64,000 nt of DNA from an uncultured Aliarcobacter sp. (lineage in GTDB: Bacteria > Campylobacterota > Campylobacteria > Campylobacterales > Arcobacteraceae), in assembly GCA_963664305.2 (NCBI GenBank), contig CAXXLV010000001.1, positions 64,001-128,000 on the forward strand, in the 5' to 3' direction. How positions within the stretch are numbered: position 1 is the first letter of the stretch; each line of letters starts with the position of its first letter. The notes beneath the pieces are model-generated. The model did not search any database, was not told where the DNA came from, and worked only from the letters and a program-made list of their open reading frames with translations. A program made the position numbers and the translations under genes. Positions 42,590 to 53,400 of the stretch are shown piece after piece.

Positions 42590-43633
42590 ATGAAAGCCAA
42601 AAAATGGATTAATAAATTTATTATATTTTCTTTTTTGATACTATTATTAATTGTAAGTATAAATTATATAATCGATCCACTATGGACTTTTTCACATTCT
42701 AATAGATTTAATAACACTCAAGATGGCTTTGATGAAAGACAGCAAAAAAGTAATTTTATTTTTAATAATGGATTAAAAGATTTTGATGGAATTCTTTTAG
42801 GAAGTAGTAGAACAACATTTATTAATCAAAACAGCTTTAAAAATATGAAAATTTATAACTATTCATTTAATGCAATGAAACCTAATGAATATAAAGACTA
42901 TATAAATTTTGCAAAAAAATGTAAAGGTAAAGATTTTAAATATATTATTATAGGTTTAGATTTTTTTGGAACAAATCTTTTAAGTGAAGTAAAAATAAAA
43001 GAGCCTAATTATTATATAAATACAACTCAAAATTCATTTTATAAATATAAAATGTTATTGTCTTTTTCAACTTTAAAAAAATCTTTAAAAAATATCAAAA
43101 ATTCTTTAGTTGGTGAAAAACTATTTTATGATAGAAATAATATAAAATATCAATCTGTAGTTAGTGAAAAAGAAAGAATAAAAAAATTTTCAATGAACAT
43201 GATATCACAACCTTCAAATTTTGATGATTCAAAATATTTTTATAATAGTGAATATATAAATATTTTAAAAGAATTAAAAAATGAAAATCCAAATACAAAA
43301 TTTATAATTTTTACTTCAGCCATTACTTCTAATTTATTAATTTCTATTTTAGAAGATAAAAAAAGAATTAATGAATATGAAAGATGGTTAAAAGAAACTC
43401 TGGAAGTATTTGGAGAAATAAATCATTTTATGACAATCAATTCCATTACAAAAAATTTAAATAATTATCCAGATGCGGATCATGCTTACCCAAATATTGT
43501 TAGTCTTATTGCCCAAAAGATATCCGAAACAAACAGTGAAGACATACCAAAAGATTTTGGGATTTTACTCACAAAATCAAATATAGATAATTTTTTTAAA
43601 AATTTAAAAATTGAGATAAATAATTATAAATAA
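42590..43633 (+). CDS. Membrane-anchored SGNH-like acyl-transfer partner (AlgJ/DltD-like)
   Basis: N-terminal TM with IIDP; LLGSSR nucleophile block; C-terminal DADH (DxxH); 9 bp after the MBOAT gene. Confidence 0.7.
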   Translation: MKAKKWINKFIIFSFLILLLIVSINYIIDPLWTFSHSNRFNNTQDGFDERQQKSNFIFNNGLKDFDGILLGSSRTTFINQNSFKNMKIYNYSFNAMKPNEYKDYINFAKKCKGKDFKYIIIGLDFFGTNLLSEVKIKEPNYYINTTQNSFYKYKMLLSFSTLKKSLKNIKNSLVGEKLFYDRNNIKYQSVVSEKERIKKFSMNMISQPSNFDDSKYFYNSEYINILKELKNENPNTKFIIFTSAITSNLLISILEDKKRINEYERWLKETLEVFGEINHFMTINSITKNLNNYPDADHAYPNIVSLIAQKISETNSEDIPKDFGILLTKSNIDNFFKNLKIEINNYK

Positions 43634-43645
43634 TTATAAATAATT
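43616..43645. repeat. Tandem repeat (ATAAATAATT)x3
   Basis: Three exact 10-bp units spanning the SGNH stop codon and the gap to the next gene. Confidence 0.85.
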
Positions 43646-43646
43646 T

Positions 43647-44732
43647 TTATATAAACTTAGAATAAACTTCTAAAGTTTGATTTACCATATTTTCTAAAGA
43701 AAAATTAGAAGCTATATAATTGTATCCATCAAAACTTAGATTTCTCGATTTTAAAATATCACTTGCTAACTCTTCTTCAGCACCTACTTCAAAGAAAAAG
43801 CCATTTTCATTTTCTATAATTATATCTTTTACACCACCATGGTTTGTAGCAATTACTGATGTATTCATTGCTATTGCTTCAGCAACTGCTCTTCCAAAAC
43901 TTTCAGGTTTTTTTGATGAACTAACAACAACATCACTTAAAGCATAAATTTCTGCTATTTTGCTTTGACTTCCAATAAAAATGATATTATCTTCCAAATT
44001 CAATTCTTTTATCAAATTTCTCAAAGAATTTAAATAATCTTCCTTATCACTTCTTGTTCCACCAACAATCAAAGCTTTTAATTGAGGAATTTCTTTTTTT
44101 ACTAAATTTATTGCTTTGATAAAAGTCTCATAATCTTTTAGTTGAGTTATTCTTCCAACACTTGAGATTATAAATTTATCTTTTAAATCATATTTTTCTT
44201 TAAACTCATTTATAAAATTTATATCAATATTTTTAGGATTAAAAAGTTCTAAATCAATTCCTCTAGGAATTACTGTAATTTTAGATTCATTTGTTTGATA
44301 ATTTTTTTGAATATACTCTTTTATGCTATTACTAACACATATAACTGCATCTGCTTTCTGCATAATTGAACTATAAAAACCTACACTATTAAATCCATGA
44401 ACTGAACTAACTACTTTTATTTTTAGACTTTTATTTGCAAAATAAACAAGCCATGCAGGAACACGACTACGTACATGAATAATATCAGGTTTTATCTCTT
44501 TTAATATTTTTTTTAAACCATTTATTCTTGAAATTGCAGTAAAAATATTTTTACTACAAACATCATATTTTATAAAAGTTCCACCATCAATATTTATTTG
44601 ATTTTCAAGTTTTCCACCTAAACTTATTACAAAAGAAGTTATTCCTTTTTTAACAAATTCACGATTTAGTTCTACAACCCCTCTTTCTACTCCACCTTCA
44701 TTTAGTTCAGGTAATAATTGAACAACTCTCAT
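43647..44732 (-). CDS. GT4 glycosyltransferase, LpsB-like
   Basis: MRVVQLLPELNEGGVERG, HVRSRVPAW, PRGID, PESFGRAVAE. Confidence 0.88.
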   Translation of the reverse strand: MRVVQLLPELNEGGVERGVVELNREFVKKGITSFVISLGGKLENQINIDGGTFIKYDVCSKNIFTAISRINGLKKILKEIKPDIIHVRSRVPAWLVYFANKSLKIKVVSSVHGFNSVGFYSSIMQKADAVICVSNSIKEYIQKNYQTNESKITVIPRGIDLELFNPKNIDINFINEFKEKYDLKDKFIISSVGRITQLKDYETFIKAINLVKKEIPQLKALIVGGTRSDKEDYLNSLRNLIKELNLEDNIIFIGSQSKIAEIYALSDVVVSSSKKPESFGRAVAEAIAMNTSVIATNHGGVKDIIIENENGFFFEVGAEEELASDILKSRNLSFDGYNYIASNFSLENMVNQTLEVYSKFI

Positions 44733-44735
44733 ATA

Positions 44736-45614
44736 CTATATTTTCACTTTTTTTAATAATTTTGCAAAATTAATTTTTTCATTATCCATATCTTCAATTA
44801 TATTTACCAATCTATGAAATTTAGTATTCTCTTTCTTTGAATCTAAATCTATAATATTAATTTTTGCATCACTATTTGCTCTAACTTCACTTAACATTGA
44901 TGTTGAATCTGTTGTAATGAAAAACTCATCACAAACTGCTATAAAATCTCCAATTGGATTTATATTTGGTTCTTTTGAATAAATAAGCTTATAATCAAAT
45001 TTATATTTATCAAGTAAGTTTTCAATCAATTTTGGAGTTCTTCTTGAAGTTGTAACATATTTTAAATATTCAGGATATTTTTCAAATATATAATCTAATT
45101 CATCTTTAATTAATTCATATTCCATGTGAAATACGTCATTATCTCCACCAATAATTACAGCTAAAGATTTTTTATCTTCAACTTTTTTCACATAACCTTT
45201 TTCTTTAGGATATGATAGATTTAAAGGAAGAGTCAAAATGTTATCTAATCTTACTGGATTATCATGTTCTTGAGCGATTATATAATAAAAGTTTTTGAAT
45301 TTATAAGATTTTGGAAGCATCAAAGCAATTGATTTTTTATTATATTTTTGACCTATAAATTTGTTAAAGTAATAAGTTCCTGAACCAGTACTAACAACTG
45401 CATCATAAAAATCAAAATAATACTTTTTATAATCTTCAAATAAAAAGTCCGTAAAAAAATCAAACTTGTCAAAGACATAAGATAAAAGCTTATGAAATTT
45501 AGATTTAAACTTCACTTCTAAAATATCATAACTTACATCTTTAATTTTACAAAAAGCAATTGATTGATTTAAGTGTCCTGGCTTACCATCACTTATTATT
45601 AGAATTCTTTTCAT
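44736..45614 (-). CDS. ELM1/GtrOC1-family putative glycosyltransferase
   Basis: SDGKPGHLNQS, QEHD, IGG, TTSRRTP, TDSTSMLSE. Confidence 0.85.
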   Translation of the reverse strand: MKRILIISDGKPGHLNQSIAFCKIKDVSYDILEVKFKSKFHKLLSYVFDKFDFFTDFLFEDYKKYYFDFYDAVVSTGSGTYYFNKFIGQKYNKKSIALMLPKSYKFKNFYYIIAQEHDNPVRLDNILTLPLNLSYPKEKGYVKKVEDKKSLAVIIGGDNDVFHMEYELIKDELDYIFEKYPEYLKYVTTSRRTPKLIENLLDKYKFDYKLIYSKEPNINPIGDFIAVCDEFFITTDSTSMLSEVRANSDAKINIIDLDSKKENTKFHRLVNIIEDMDNEKINFAKLLKKVKI

Positions 45615-46500
45615 ATATCTCTCTATAATGACTTTTAAATCTTTTATGTGGCCAGAACCACTGTTTTTTATCTTCTTTTATTATAGCAGATATTGCATTA
45701 GCTTCTAATTGAGAAATAATTTTTATATCATTTTTTTCATCATCAGTTTTTACAGGAACAATTGGTTCATAAATTTTTATTTTATATGTGTAATCTTCTT
45801 GATTAAAAATTGCAAGTGGCACAATATAAGCATCAAATTTTCTAGCTAATAATGCACTTGAAGCTGATTGGTATGCTCTTCTACCTAGAAATTCAACCTC
45901 TTCTCCGTCTCTTGAATTTATATTTTGGTCAATAATTAAAGAAACTGCCTCTTTTTTCATCATTGCTTTTACAAGTTTCTTTAAAGCACCATCTCTAAAA
46001 ACTATTTTACTTCCCGATGCTTCTCTTGCTTTTACTATAAATTCATCAATCTCACTAAAATTTGATTCTCTAGCTACTTGATGTAAAGGTGTCACAAATT
46101 TATTTATATAGCAACTTAACATCTCCATATTACCAAAATGTGCAGAAATCAAAATAATTGGTTTATTCTCTTTTTTTAGATTTAAAAGTATCTCTTCATT
46201 TTCTATTTTAACTGTTCTTTTTAATTCTTCATCAGTCACATCTAAATTTTCTATTAAAGATTGAACCCATAAAACCATATTAAAATATGAATATTTTTGA
46301 ATACTTTTTATTTCATCATTAGATAAAGAATTATTAAAAACGAAATTTAAATTTGTTTCTATTACTTTATTTGTATTTTTTGCAAATAAGTAACCACAAT
46401 ATGCTAAAAATCTAAAAAAAGCTCTTCTTATTGATTTTGGTAGTTTTCTTAAAATAAAAACAACTACCAAAAAAAGTCTATAAACTACTTTTTTCATCAT
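45589..46500 (-). CDS. Lipid A late acyltransferase (HtrB/LpxL family)
   Basis: AHFGNME, IIDQN, QWFWPHKRFK. Confidence 0.9.
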   Translation of the reverse strand: MMKKVVYRLFLVVVFILRKLPKSIRRAFFRFLAYCGYLFAKNTNKVIETNLNFVFNNSLSNDEIKSIQKYSYFNMVLWVQSLIENLDVTDEELKRTVKIENEEILLNLKKENKPIILISAHFGNMEMLSCYINKFVTPLHQVARESNFSEIDEFIVKAREASGSKIVFRDGALKKLVKAMMKKEAVSLIIDQNINSRDGEEVEFLGRRAYQSASSALLARKFDAYIVPLAIFNQEDYTYKIKIYEPIVPVKTDDEKNDIKIISQLEANAISAIIKEDKKQWFWPHKRFKSHYREIYEKNSNNK

Positions 46501-47965
46501 AAAATCTTTATTTCTAAATTTTCTGGACTTTCAAGTTTATCAATATTCGATTCAATCAAAAATGATTTGTTTGGTAAAGTTATCTCTAAAAGATTATCTT
46601 TTAAAGTATACTCAACATTTGGTCTTGAGAAGTCTTGATTTACTGCTAAATTTAATGAAATCATAAATGACATCCATTGCATAACTCTCAATGATGGTAA
46701 TAAATCCTCATATTTTGAAATATCACTTTTTGTTGGAAGTGATTTTTTTGAAAATTTTATTGTATGAGCAACTATCATTCTTGATGTATGTAAAAAATCA
46801 TAATTTAAACCATTTAAAATAAAATCAAAAGCATTATCATTTGATTTATAAAAATTCAGTGTTGAACCAATCGAATGAAGTTTTGAAGAAATAACAAGTA
46901 AACTTCTAGATTTTTCATCTAAATTATGAAGAGGTTTTAAAACATCAAATATTTTTTTTGCATTATTACCTAAATATGCACTTTGTTTATCATCAATTTG
47001 AAATCTATCAAGTAAACTTCTAACACTTACATTGAAATTTTCAGGGAATTTATGATTTGAATTTCTCAATAAATCAGTTAAATAAACTCCTTCTCTAACT
47101 CCAACTCCTGATGTTACAACTTTTTCAATTTTTAATTCATCTAAAATTGTCTTAAAGATAAATGCTCCCTCTTTTATTGTATCAAATCTATCTTTTTTTA
47201 CCCCAAAAGATTTTAAATCGTCATTATCTCTTGCTCTTGAAATTCTATCAAATAGAGAAATCTCATTTCTTACATCATATGTAAAACCATGTAAAATATC
47301 TAATGGATATTGATTTTTAGCCATAATTAATTTAGATAAAGCTCTAATACTTCCACCAATTCCTACAACTTTTTGAGGAATTTCAATATCTAAATCAAAA
47401 ATCTTTTTTAAATTATCTAAAATATATTTTTTTGCACCTTCAATATTGTTTTTATTAAAATAAAGTTCTTTTATTCTTACAGTTCCAATATTTAATGAAA
47501 TTGATTTTTCAATTTTTCCATTTTTAACAAATGAAAATTCTGTTGAACCACCACCAATATCAACTGTTACAAAAGTATCATCATGTAATAAATTCGAAGC
47601 TGCGACTCCACCAAAATAAGCTTCTTTTTCCCCATCAATTACTTTGATATTTAAACCTAATTCATTTTTTACTCTGTTAATAAAAACTTTTGAATTTGGC
47701 GCATCTCTTAGTGCAGATGTAGCTACACATATAATTTTTCTTGATTTTAATGCATTTGATATATTTAAAAAAGATTTTAAAGATTCATAAGCTCTTTGCA
47801 TAGGTATATCTTGAAGATTACCATCATTTTCATAACAACCCTCAGATATTTTTACCCTACTTTTAGTCTCATTTATAAGACTAAATGCAAACCTACTACT
47901 TTTCTGTAAGACAACCATCCTCATTGAATTTGAACCAATGTCGATGATTGTAGTCACTTTAGACA

Positions 47966-47966
<1 letters not shown>
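46497..47966 (-). CDS. ppx: Exopolyphosphatase/pppGpp phosphohydrolase
   Basis: IDIGSNSMR, ATSALRDAPN, DIGGGSTE, GVREG. Confidence 0.93.
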
Positions 47967-48241
<275 letters not shown>

Positions 48242-48263
48242 TTAATTGTCTTGGAGTTATAAC

Positions 48264-49016
48264 CTAAAATTCTTTAATAATTTCTTTAAGTAAGTTATAT
48301 CTTTCTTCATTTTTTGTTATAAACAAATATTCGTTTGTTTTATAAATGTACAAATCTTTACAAATATACAACGCTGCAGCAATATCAAATTCTCTTATAT
48401 TTCCACCATATAAAACAAATTCATAATTAAAAGCATTACTTAAACTTAGTGCTACGGCTCCTAAAGTTCTAAATTTTATATGATTTGAAGCTAATTTTTC
48501 ACAAATTTTTGGATAATTATAAGCTCTTTCAAAAATTGATATTTTATTTTTTGGAACTTCTATCACATTTTTATATTCCATTTTTTCTAAAGAAAAAAAT
48601 CTAATATCATTTTCAAATGCTCTGTAAGTAATAATGCCAGAAATTAAATTTGTAACAAACCCTGCAACTGTTTCATTATTTTTTTGTAAAGCAATAGAAG
48701 TTCCATAATATGGTAAATTTGAATAAAAATTATTACTACCATCTAATGGATCAATTACTATTGTAAACTCTTTATCATTTGATAATAATCCTGATTCTTC
48801 AGAATAAATATTTCCAAATTTTTCAAGTTGTTTTATAAAAATATTTTCTGCAGTTAAATCCATATTTAAAGAATTATCACCACCAAAACCAAAAGTATTT
48901 GTGTATTGAAAATCATTTAAAGATAGATTATTATTTATGTAAGTATGTAGTTCTTTATTTGCAAGCTTTACAGCCTCTATAAAAGAATCTTTATATAAGG
49001 CTGTAATATTTTTCAT
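48264..49016 (-). CDS. Inositol monophosphatase/FBPase family protein
   Basis: SEES, IDPLDGS, FDIAA. Confidence 0.85.
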   Translation of the reverse strand: MKNITALYKDSFIEAVKLANKELHTYINNNLSLNDFQYTNTFGFGGDNSLNMDLTAENIFIKQLEKFGNIYSEESGLLSNDKEFTIVIDPLDGSNNFYSNLPYYGTSIALQKNNETVAGFVTNLISGIITYRAFENDIRFFSLEKMEYKNVIEVPKNKISIFERAYNYPKICEKLASNHIKFRTLGAVALSLSNAFNYEFVLYGGNIREFDIAAALYICKDLYIYKTNEYLFITKNEERYNLLKEIIKEF

Positions 49017-49020
49017 TTTA

Positions 49021-50397
49021 TTATGCTAAATCTCTTATGATAGCTTTTGCAGCTTCTCTTCCATCAACTGCAGCAGTTACAGCTAAGTGAGCACCTCTTC
49101 TACAATCTCCACCAGCATAAACTTTTTTGTTTGAAGTTTTGAAATTAGAATCAATTACAATTCCACCCCATGAATTTGTTTCAACATTTAATTCTTTTAA
49201 AAATGCTGGAACTTCTGGAGAGAAACCAAGTGCTAAAATTACAATATCAGCTTCTTCAAGATATTCACTACCTTCATTTATTACAACTTTTTGTCTTCCT
49301 GAAGAATCTGGTTCACTCATTGAAGTTTCAAGTAATTCAACTGCAACAGCTAAGTTATTTTCTACTTTGATAGATTTAGGTGCAACATTAAATACAAATT
49401 CAACACCCTCTTCTTTAGCATTAACAACCTCTTTTTTAGATCCAGGCATATTTTTTTCATCTCTTCTATAAAGACATTTAACAGTTTCTGCACCTTCTCT
49501 AACTGATGTTCTAACGCAGTCCATCGCAGTATCTCCACCACCAATAACAACAACTCTTTTATCTTTAACATCAATGTAATTTACATTATTGTTTCCAAGA
49601 TTTCTTTTTTGAATTCCTGTTAAAAAATCAATTGCGAAATATACATTTGATGCATCTTCACCATCAATTTTAACTTTGTTACTTGCTGTTGCACCAATAC
49701 CTAAGTAAATAGCATCAAAATCTTTTTCTAAATCAGAAATTAATTTATCTTTACCAATCTCGCAATTTGTATGTAATTTCATTCCAGCTTCAAGTAACCA
49801 GTTAATTCTTCTATCAACTGTTGTTTTATCAAGTTTAAACCCTGGAATTCCATACATTAAAAGTCCACCTGCTCTATCTGCTCTTTCAAACATTTCAACT
49901 TCAAAACCTTTTCTTAAAAGGAAAGTTGCTGCAGAAATTCCAGAAGGTCCAGAACCAATAACAGCTACTCTTTTTCCATTTTTCTTAGTTGTAAATTGAG
50001 GTTTTAAACCATTTTCAAAAGCATTTTCTGAAATATATGTTTCAATAGCACCAATTGAAATTGCACCATGTCCAGTATTTAAAGAACATGCACCTTCACA
50101 TAATACATCTTGAGGACAGATTCTTCCTAAAATTTCTGGGAAAGGAGATGTTTCATTTGATAAAGCAAATGCTAAATCTGGGTTTTTCGTTGCTGTTTGT
50201 TTTAACCATGCAGGAATATAATTTCCTAATGGACAACCAGTATGACAATATGGGTCACCACATTGCATACATCTATCAGCTTGTTCTGTTGCTCTTTGTT
50301 TAGTAAATACTTGATAAACTTCATCAAAGTCTTTCAATCTTTGAAGAACATCTCTTTTTTCAGGATTTACTCTTTCAAATTTTGTAAAATTTAACAT
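49021..50397 (-). CDS. gltD: Glutamate synthase small subunit
   Basis: RCMQCGDPYCHTGCP, GSGPSG, GGGDTAMDC. Confidence 0.96.
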   Translation of the reverse strand: MLNFTKFERVNPEKRDVLQRLKDFDEVYQVFTKQRATEQADRCMQCGDPYCHTGCPLGNYIPAWLKQTATKNPDLAFALSNETSPFPEILGRICPQDVLCEGACSLNTGHGAISIGAIETYISENAFENGLKPQFTTKKNGKRVAVIGSGPSGISAATFLLRKGFEVEMFERADRAGGLLMYGIPGFKLDKTTVDRRINWLLEAGMKLHTNCEIGKDKLISDLEKDFDAIYLGIGATASNKVKIDGEDASNVYFAIDFLTGIQKRNLGNNNVNYIDVKDKRVVVIGGGDTAMDCVRTSVREGAETVKCLYRRDEKNMPGSKKEVVNAKEEGVEFVFNVAPKSIKVENNLAVAVELLETSMSEPDSSGRQKVVINEGSEYLEEADIVILALGFSPEVPAFLKELNVETNSWGGIVIDSNFKTSNKKVYAGGDCRRGAHLAVTAAVDGREAAKAIIRDLA

Positions 50398-50401
50398 TCT
50401 A

Positions 50402-53400
50402 TTAATCTCCCTTGTCCGGATCCAGTGGTAACACTGTCATATTTTTTGGTTTTACCATCCAGAAATTTCTAATTTCTGCTCTAAAATTTTGTAAGATATA
50501 TTCAGCTATTTCACTTTGTGTTTCGTGTAAATAATCTAATAATAATCTTTTTAAATATAATCTTTCTCTTTCAGTATCATCTGTATCAACTCTAACTGGT
50601 TCGATTAACTCTTGATTCATTTTATCAACAAAAGTTTTTTCTGGGTCGTAAACAAATGCTAAACCACCTGTCATACCTGCTCCAAAATTGATTCCAGTAT
50701 TTCCTAAAATTACAGCAATACCACCAGTCATATATTCGCATGGATTATCACCAGTTCCTTCAACAACTGCTATAGCTCCAGAGTTTCTTACTCCAAATCT
50801 TTCCCCAACTGCTGCTCTAACGTAAAGTTTTCCACCAGTTGCTCCATATAAACAAGTATTACCAGCACCTGCGAAACTTGGCCCTTGATGTGCTGGATTA
50901 ATGATGATTTTTCCACCATTCATACCTTTTCCAACATAATCATTTGCTGCACCTTCAAGATGTAAATTCATACCTTTAGATAAGAATGCACCAAAAGATT
51001 GACCAGCAATTCCTTTTAAATTAATTGTAATTGAATTTTCTGGAAGTCCTTTATCACCATAGAATCTTGCAATTTCTCCAGAAATCAATGCACCAAAACT
51101 TCTATTTAAATTAGATATTTCAGCACTTACTTTTACAGGAGAACTTGGATTTTCTATAGTTCTATGAACTTTTTTCAATAATTCTTTTTCAAATTTATTA
51201 TCATCAAAAGGAGCATTTGTATCTTTTTGACAAGTATCAATTCCATCAACTCTTCTTAAAATATTTTGGAAATCAAATTTTTGTGCAAATTTATCATCAA
51301 TAACTTTTAATAAATCACTTCTTCCAACAATCTCTTCAATAGTTTTATAACCTAAACTTGCAAGAATATTTCTAACATCTTCAGCTATAAATGTGAAATA
51401 AGAAATTAATCTTTCAACTGTTCCTGTAAAGTGGTCTCTTAATGTCTCATCTTGAGTTGCAACCCCAACAGAACATTTATTTGTATGACAAATTCTTAAA
51501 ATTTTACATCCAAGTAATGTTAATGAAGCTGTTCCAAATGCATAAGACTCTGCACCTAACATTGCAGCTTTTACAACATCAAGACCTGTTTTTAATCCAC
51601 CATCTGTTTGAACATGAACAAACTCTCTTAAATGGTTAGCTTTTAAAGCATTATGTGCTTCAGAAAGTCCCATTTCCCATGGATTTCCTGCATGTTTAAT
51701 TGATGTTAATGGAGCAGCACCTGTTCCACCATCTCCACCAGAAATAATGATTTTATCTGCATAAGCTTTTGCAACACCGGCTGCAATTGTTCCAACACCA
51801 ATTGAAGATACAAGTTTTACTGTAATTTTAGCTAATGGATTAATTTGTTTTAAGTCAAAAATTAATTGAGCTAAATCTTCAATTGAATAAATATCATGGT
51901 GTGGTGGTGGTGAAATTAAAGTAACACCTGGAACTGTATGTCTTAATGTAGCAATAAGTCCTGTTACCTTATGTCCTGGTAATTGTCCACCCTCACCTGG
52001 TTTTGCACCTTGAGCAACTTTAATTTGTAACTCTTCTGCACTTCTTAAATATGCTGGAGTTACCCCAAATCTTCCTGATGCAACTTGTTTAATTTTAGAA
52101 TTTCTAATAGTCCCAAATCTTTTTGCATCTTCTCCACCCTCACCTGAGTTAGACATACCACCAATTGTATTCATTGCTGTTGCCATTGCTTCGTGAGCTT
52201 CAGGAGAAATAGAACCTAATGACATAGCAGCAGTTGCAAATCTTTTGAAAATATCTTCTTTTGATTCAACTTCGCTAATATCAATAGCTTTTCTATCAGA
52301 ATTAAATTCTAAGAAGTCTCTAATAAACTTTTTATCTCTATTTTTTACTAATTCTCTTAATCCTTCAAAATCAGTAATATCTTCTTTTGAAGTAGCTTGT
52401 TTATTATGCATAGCTTTTGTAGTTGCTGGACCATAATCATGGTATTCCCCACCATTTGAATATTTATAGAATCCACCTAAATCAAGAGGGAAAACTGTAT
52501 TTTCTTCTTTAAATGCATTATGATGAGATTTATTAATTTTTTCTTCAATATCACTATAATTTAAACCAGCTAATTCACTATGTGCACCTGTAAAACAGTC
52601 ATTAATGATTTCATCACTTAAACCAATAATATCAAATAAACCAGAATTTCTATACGAAGCTATTGTACAGATTCCCATTTTTGACATAATTTTTAATAAA
52701 CCTGCATTTACAGATTTTTGTGTATTTTTTAAATATTTTTGCATTTCATATTTTGTTGGTTTTTCTCTTTGGAAAAATGCAACAGTAGATGCATACATCA
52801 TATAGGGATAAATTGCTGTAACACCAAATGCAATTAAAACAGCTGCCATATGTGGGTCATAAACTTCACCAGTAATTGAAACAATAGAAGCTTTATGTCT
52901 GATTCCCTCTTTTAATAATTTTTGATTTACGTAACCAACAGCCATTGCTGCAGGGATTACTTTCTCATTTTCATTAACAGCTCTATCATCTAAAATAATT
53001 ACAGATACACCATCTTCTTTAACAGCCTTAACAACATAAGAAGCTAATTTTTCTAATGATGCTTTTAAATCTGATTTAAAAGTTGTAGAGAAAATTCTAT
53101 TTTTATAATATTCTTCATATCTTGGTGATTTTTCATCTCCAAAAGAGTAAAGAACATCATATTTTTCTTTCATTAAAATAGGACTTGTTACTTTTAATCT
53201 TCTTGCATATTCTGGTTTTTCATCTAAAATATTATGAATTTTACCAAAACCAGTTTCTAAAGACATTACCACTTTTTCTCTATATGGATCGATTGGTGGA
53301 TTTGTAACTTGTGCAAATTTTTGTCTAAAGAAATCAGTAAAATTTCTATTTACTTTTGAAAAACATGCTAATGGAGTATCATCTCCCATTGATCCAACTG

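Noticed and set aside
33571..46500. Phase-variable homopolymer tracts in the glycosyltransferase genes
   Set aside because: No long poly-G/C tracts; A/T runs are at background level for this genome and all ORFs are intact
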